Assembly: GCA_051294375.1 (NCBI GenBank)
Contig: CM119267.1
Coordinates: 13,029,081-13,093,080 of the forward strand
Reading direction: 5' to 3'
Length of the DNA stretch: 64,000 nucleotides
Source: Paraspadella gotoi
Lineage: Eukaryota; Animalia; Chaetognatha
Every line of letters starts with the position of its first letter. Position 1 is the stretch's first letter. Both the position numbers and the translations under genes were made by a program. Below, one piece after another: positions 59,661 through 64,000 of this stretch. The notes beneath the pieces are model-generated. The model ran no database searches. It had not been told where the DNA came from and saw only the letters and a list, made by a program, of their open reading frames with translations.

Positions 59661-60260
59661 AAACAAGTTTGAGCAAACAATGTCGGATCTTCCCACGATC
59701 AGTAGTGGTAATTAATTAATTAATTAATTAATACAAACTATATAAACTAAAATAATAGTTTAATTAATAAATTAATTAATTTGATCTGAAATGTTTGTTT
59801 TTAGGTCTTTTCATCACTGATCACAACAAAAGCAACGACGATGATGATGGCGATGACGACAATGATACCGATAAAGATTGACTTGATTGATTAATAATTA
59901 ATTAATAGATAACTAAATAAATTGATTGACTGATTCTTTTTTTTCCATTTAAACTCATTTCCACTTGCATGATTCCATCGAAACTTAATATCCAACCTAA
60001 TCACACACTTCCCTACCCACACATAAAATTTAATTCCAATCCATCCATCCAATCACCAGTAATTGGAGTTTTTTGCTAAGGTGGGACAGACGGACAGACA
60101 GACAGTCGGATGGATAGACGGACATCGTTTTTTTGCATAATTTATCATAATTCGATATTCTGACACGATATATGTGAATGCCCGACAAGATTGAGGGGGC
60201 GGTCCGACGGACCGACAAAGTGAATTATAGAGTCGGGATCTGCTGAAAGCAGATCCGACT
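59661..60260 (+). mobile_element. DINE/HINE-like repeat
   Basis: AAACAAG start; subterminal inverted repeat GTCGGATCT...AGATCCGAC; GGAC/GACA microsatellite; terminal stem-loop AGTCGGGATCTGCTGAAAGCAGATCCGACT; A-rich flanks. Confidence 0.65.
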
Positions 60261-61019
60261 AAAAAAGTAAGCAAGCTGGACTACTCGAAGTTGAAAAATA
60301 ATAAACGTAAGCGATTTTTCTACCAGAGTGCAAAATATGAAGTTGCTATAACAAATAATTTATCCACAGTTTTTGATCTTTTCATTTCACTCGAATTTGA
60401 AATCTGTGTAGAAAGAGAGGTTTCGTTGGTGTGACCATCATTAAAGAAGATCTAGTGATAAAAGGTTTTGTCTGACGTGGCAGTTTTTATATTTCTATAA
60501 CGGCTTCCGGTTTTGGTTCTCGCGCGTGCAAACCCCAACGAGCGACGTTTGTGAGTGCGATGAGCCTTTTAAAATGGAATTTGCATGTACATTGTACAAT
60601 GTACATATATAATGTACATTGTACATCCAGAAGAAACGCGCGAAAAGTTTAAGTAGGGTACCATGTCTACTAATATAGGCCAAGCCACCAAGCCAAATTC
60701 CATTTAAACAATTTAAATGTTTACGAACAGTAATAAAACTTGAGGGGAGATTATATTCATAACGAAAGACTACATTACTTGTCTCCCCATACATCGACTG
60801 TGTCAGCACATTTGATCAAATTTCAATCTATCAGCTCAACGCCGAATTTCCTTTTTATTTCGCTTCCTAAATTTATTTCTCTCTCCTTCAAACAATTTTC
60901 ATTCAAATTCAGCTTCGGATTCAGATTTTGATTCATCTCATTCTCCGCTTCGCTGAATCTCGCGATTCTCTGTCTCGAGTCCATTTTCTCCGTTTTGTTT
61001 CCGGAGAGAGAGAGAAGAG

Positions 61020-61094
<75 letters not shown>

Positions 61095-62782
61095 GCTTTT
61101 TATTTTCCTTTCGTATTTTTGTTTTGAGAGCGACATAAACACGCGGCAGTTGCCGCCGCCTGCACCGCTGCCGCTGCTGTCACTTCCCCAGCATCCAATG
61201 CTTTTTCCCGTTCCAAACTCTAAACTCCTAAGTTCTAAGGCCTGTAATATTAACCACAAACTCTAAAACCACTTCCCATTTAAACACTGCAAATCACTTA
61301 TCAATGCTTTTATTCAAGCTTCTAATTGTCAATGTCCCTTACCTTTAACTTCTTGCCCAGGCCTCACGAATCCATTCAAACTCAGAAAAGTCTCCACTCT
61401 TTAAAAATTGTCCAAAGCTCCCCCACTCCTCACCCCATCCCGAAAAACTTCCGCAAATGGACGCTGTTCGACGCTACAACCATAAAAACGACCGAAAATT
61501 CCGTGAGATAAATTTTCGCCCGACTCCGTTTTCCGAGGTTAAGAGTTTAGGGGCATCCGACGGATTTTTTTCCCTTTCCTTCCTTTCCGCTCTCGGGGCC
61601 ACGGCGCGAAAATGGCTTGGATCGTCTTTTCACGCGAGTGGCAATTCCTGGATTGTAAACTGTACTAAGTAAAACAAAGATTGTCAATTTTACTTTTTAA
61701 TCACTGTTTATTAATCAAAATGCGAATAGTAGATCATGAACAGGCTTGTACCAGTATACATGTAAACAGTTTTAAATAAAAAAAAACATATATTTTCCAA
61801 TTTTTGCATACGCNNNNNNNNNNCAGGCTTGTACCTGTATACATGTAAACAGTTTTAAATAAAAAAAACATATATTTTTCAAAAGCATATTCGAGAAATT
61901 AAAAAAACCATACTATATCGAATGTCTAAGTTCATAGAACTGTTAATGTCTCATGGATTAACTATTCGAATTTTGATCTGCAACTTTCACTACGCCTTAC
62001 TGTTTATGTAATAGAGAACGATCCTTCCTTTTTTATTTTAACCAAAAGTCGCCTCGTGCCGATCTCATTCCGCAAGCATTGTGCAACGCAGCAATGTTTG
62101 GTAGAATCCTCTACAGCGTTTGGCAGCGTTAGCTTCGAAATAACGCGTTCGCTGCGTCGGCGGCGGCAGAATCCGCGGCAGCGACGTTGCCCTTTTTAGA
62201 TTTTTAAATTTCTCTCTCTCTCTCCTCAAATTACAGTTTAACCCCCGCGACGAGATTCCTCGGAAGGGGGACACGCCTCCGCCTCCCGACGCCTCCGTTG
62301 CGGCGCCCGAAGGATCAGGCAGAGAGGGGCGACTGGGGGCGCGGGCCTCGAATTCCCTAAATTGCTTTTTTTTAAAGATTCCGAGCCGATGACAAACCCT
62401 TCTCCCTCTCACTTTAACAACATCAACAATTCCGCAAGCTTTCGCATATAGATATCTATCACCACCCACATCCCAAGATTCCTTCTCCGCTCCTCTCAGT
62501 CGTCATCGTATAATCAGGAAAATCGTCTCCATTGTCGGAAAGATCAAACGGAATCCGCCCATCGACGCAAGCCACGCCCACAAGCGCTTAGGCGCCTTGG
62601 GCGTCAAGGAGTTTGGAGAACTTCGATGAGTGTTGCTCCTTGTGTTTTGTGGATGATGACCACATCGATCTCTAAAATGTTTTAGCTTACAATCTTCGTG
62701 ATCGTGATTATCCTTTCATTTCGTTGCTGTATTTAATATAGATATTTGAAAGTTTCTACAACGAATTTTTTTTTTCATTAGA

Positions 62783-62823
62783 AACGTACATGATTTGCTC
62801 TTGTACGAGCCTTCATCAGCGTT
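62783..62823 (-). ncRNA. Degenerate minimal hammerhead (GAAA box mutated)
   Basis: Minus strand: AACG-CTGATGA-AGGCTC..GAGC-AAAT-CATG-TA-CGTT. Confidence 0.45.
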
Positions 62824-63764
62824 AACAGTTTGCTTCCAATCTATATTTGTGAGAAATCTATGGTAATTTTTAGACTTTAGTAATATTATAAAGTAGCATC
62901 ATAGCAAAAGATCAATTATTTTCAACAACAACACATTGGCTGATATGTAACTAAAAGCGAAAAACTCTCGCTTAGAATAATCAAGAATTCTGTCTCGAGG
63001 CAATTGGACAACTGACATAGAGAAGGGAACATAAAAATGGGTGGCGTTCGGGGGGAGACAGAATGAGAGGAGGAGAAATCGGACACTCAAAGAAAAAGGA
63101 GAGGAATACCAAGGAGGGGCATTCACGAGGCTTTGATTACAAAGACGACGACGCCGAAAGTTCAAACTCATTTCCGGGAAATGACATCGAAGAGAAGAAG
63201 AAGAAAAAGAAAGAAGAAGAAGAAGAAGAAGAAGACGGGAAAGAAACGTTATTTTTCTATGCCTCTTTCTGAGACTTTTGTTGTTGTCTCGTTGTTGTCG
63301 TTGTTGTTTGTAGTTGTCGTCGTTGATTACTTTGTGATAACCGTTCTGTGATATGTGAATAGTATTTCTTTACTCAATTGCGGAATTTACAGCAGTTGCT
63401 ATTAACTGAGCTAGCTACAGCTACAGCTAGTAGAGCTACAGCTACAACATTTGGAATTGGAAAAAAACTTTAATAAAAATTATTTTAATGATTGTAATTT
63501 CAATTAAAGAAAAACGCGAATCAAAGGATATCAAAAAACGTAAGCTTAAATGAAATTGTAAAAGGCACAATTGCTGAGTAAATGGAAATTGTTTTAAAAA
63601 CATGTTTGTCCACTTATTTAAAAGAACAAAAAAATTTAAAAGTTGGATGGAATTCATGAAAAAAAATAAACTCAAGTTTTCACCAGGAGAATTTGACGCT
63701 TCACCGAAAAAACGCCTCTCACAAACGATGCTAAACACGAATTGTTGAAAACAATGCGGTTGTT

Positions 63765-64000
63765 AGTCGGATCTGCTTATCAGCAGATTCCGACTCCATC
63801 AGTCCCACCCCAAAATCCTGTCGGTAAATAATTTTTATCATATCAGAACATCGAATTAAGATAAATTACGCAAAAAAAATTATGTCCGTCTGTCTGTCCG
63901 TCCGTCTGTTGACATAAATTATGCAAGTTGAAAAAATTATGTCAGTTGACTAAATTATGCCAGTTGATCAAATAATGCCAGTTGACCATATTCTGCCAGT
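63765..64000 (-). mobile_element. 3' end of another DINE/HINE-like copy running off the window
   Basis: Hairpin AGTCGGATCTGCTTATCAGCAGATTCCGACT, (GTCC/GTCT)n tract, 18-bp tandem units. Confidence 0.6.

Noticed and set aside
61741-61880. Direct duplication of ~55 bp across a 10-N gap (similarly ~38377-38438 versus ~38930-38990)
   Set aside because: Typical contig-overlap scaffolding artefact.
61457-62630. Possible small exons (MDAVRRYNHK..., ...RKIVSIVGKIKRNPP...ELR*)
   Set aside because: The composition is plausible, but I recognised no homology and could not verify phase.

Overview
This is AT-rich, (GA)n-microsatellite-rich eukaryotic DNA, probably from an invertebrate animal, in a gapped draft assembly. 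Three spliced + strand genes can be built: the 3' end of a divergent STAT-like gene (109-1838), an 8-exon ankyrin-repeat protein (13458-17393) and an 11-exon SLC6 amino-acid-type transporter (19151-52046). The standout signal is a family of tiny non-coding LTR retroelements: two full ~650-680 bp elements and five solo or partial LTRs. Several have 4-bp TSDs, and both full elements have a tRNA-Trp primer-binding site and a polypurine tract. Each ~230-265 bp LTR contains a tRNA-like A/B-box domain followed by a circularly permuted (type-P5) twister ribozyme, whose helices and both pseudoknots covary across the divergent copies. The result looks like an animal 'twister retrozyme' with a Cassandra-like internal Pol III promoter. 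The window also holds minimal Penelope-type hammerhead motifs, DINE/HINE-like repeats, a Tc1/mariner-type MITE, a CCA-tailed tRNA-Leu fragment and a 7.7-kb inverted duplication that may be an assembly artefact. All structures were read by eye. No folding, alignment or database search was run, so novelty is unverified.
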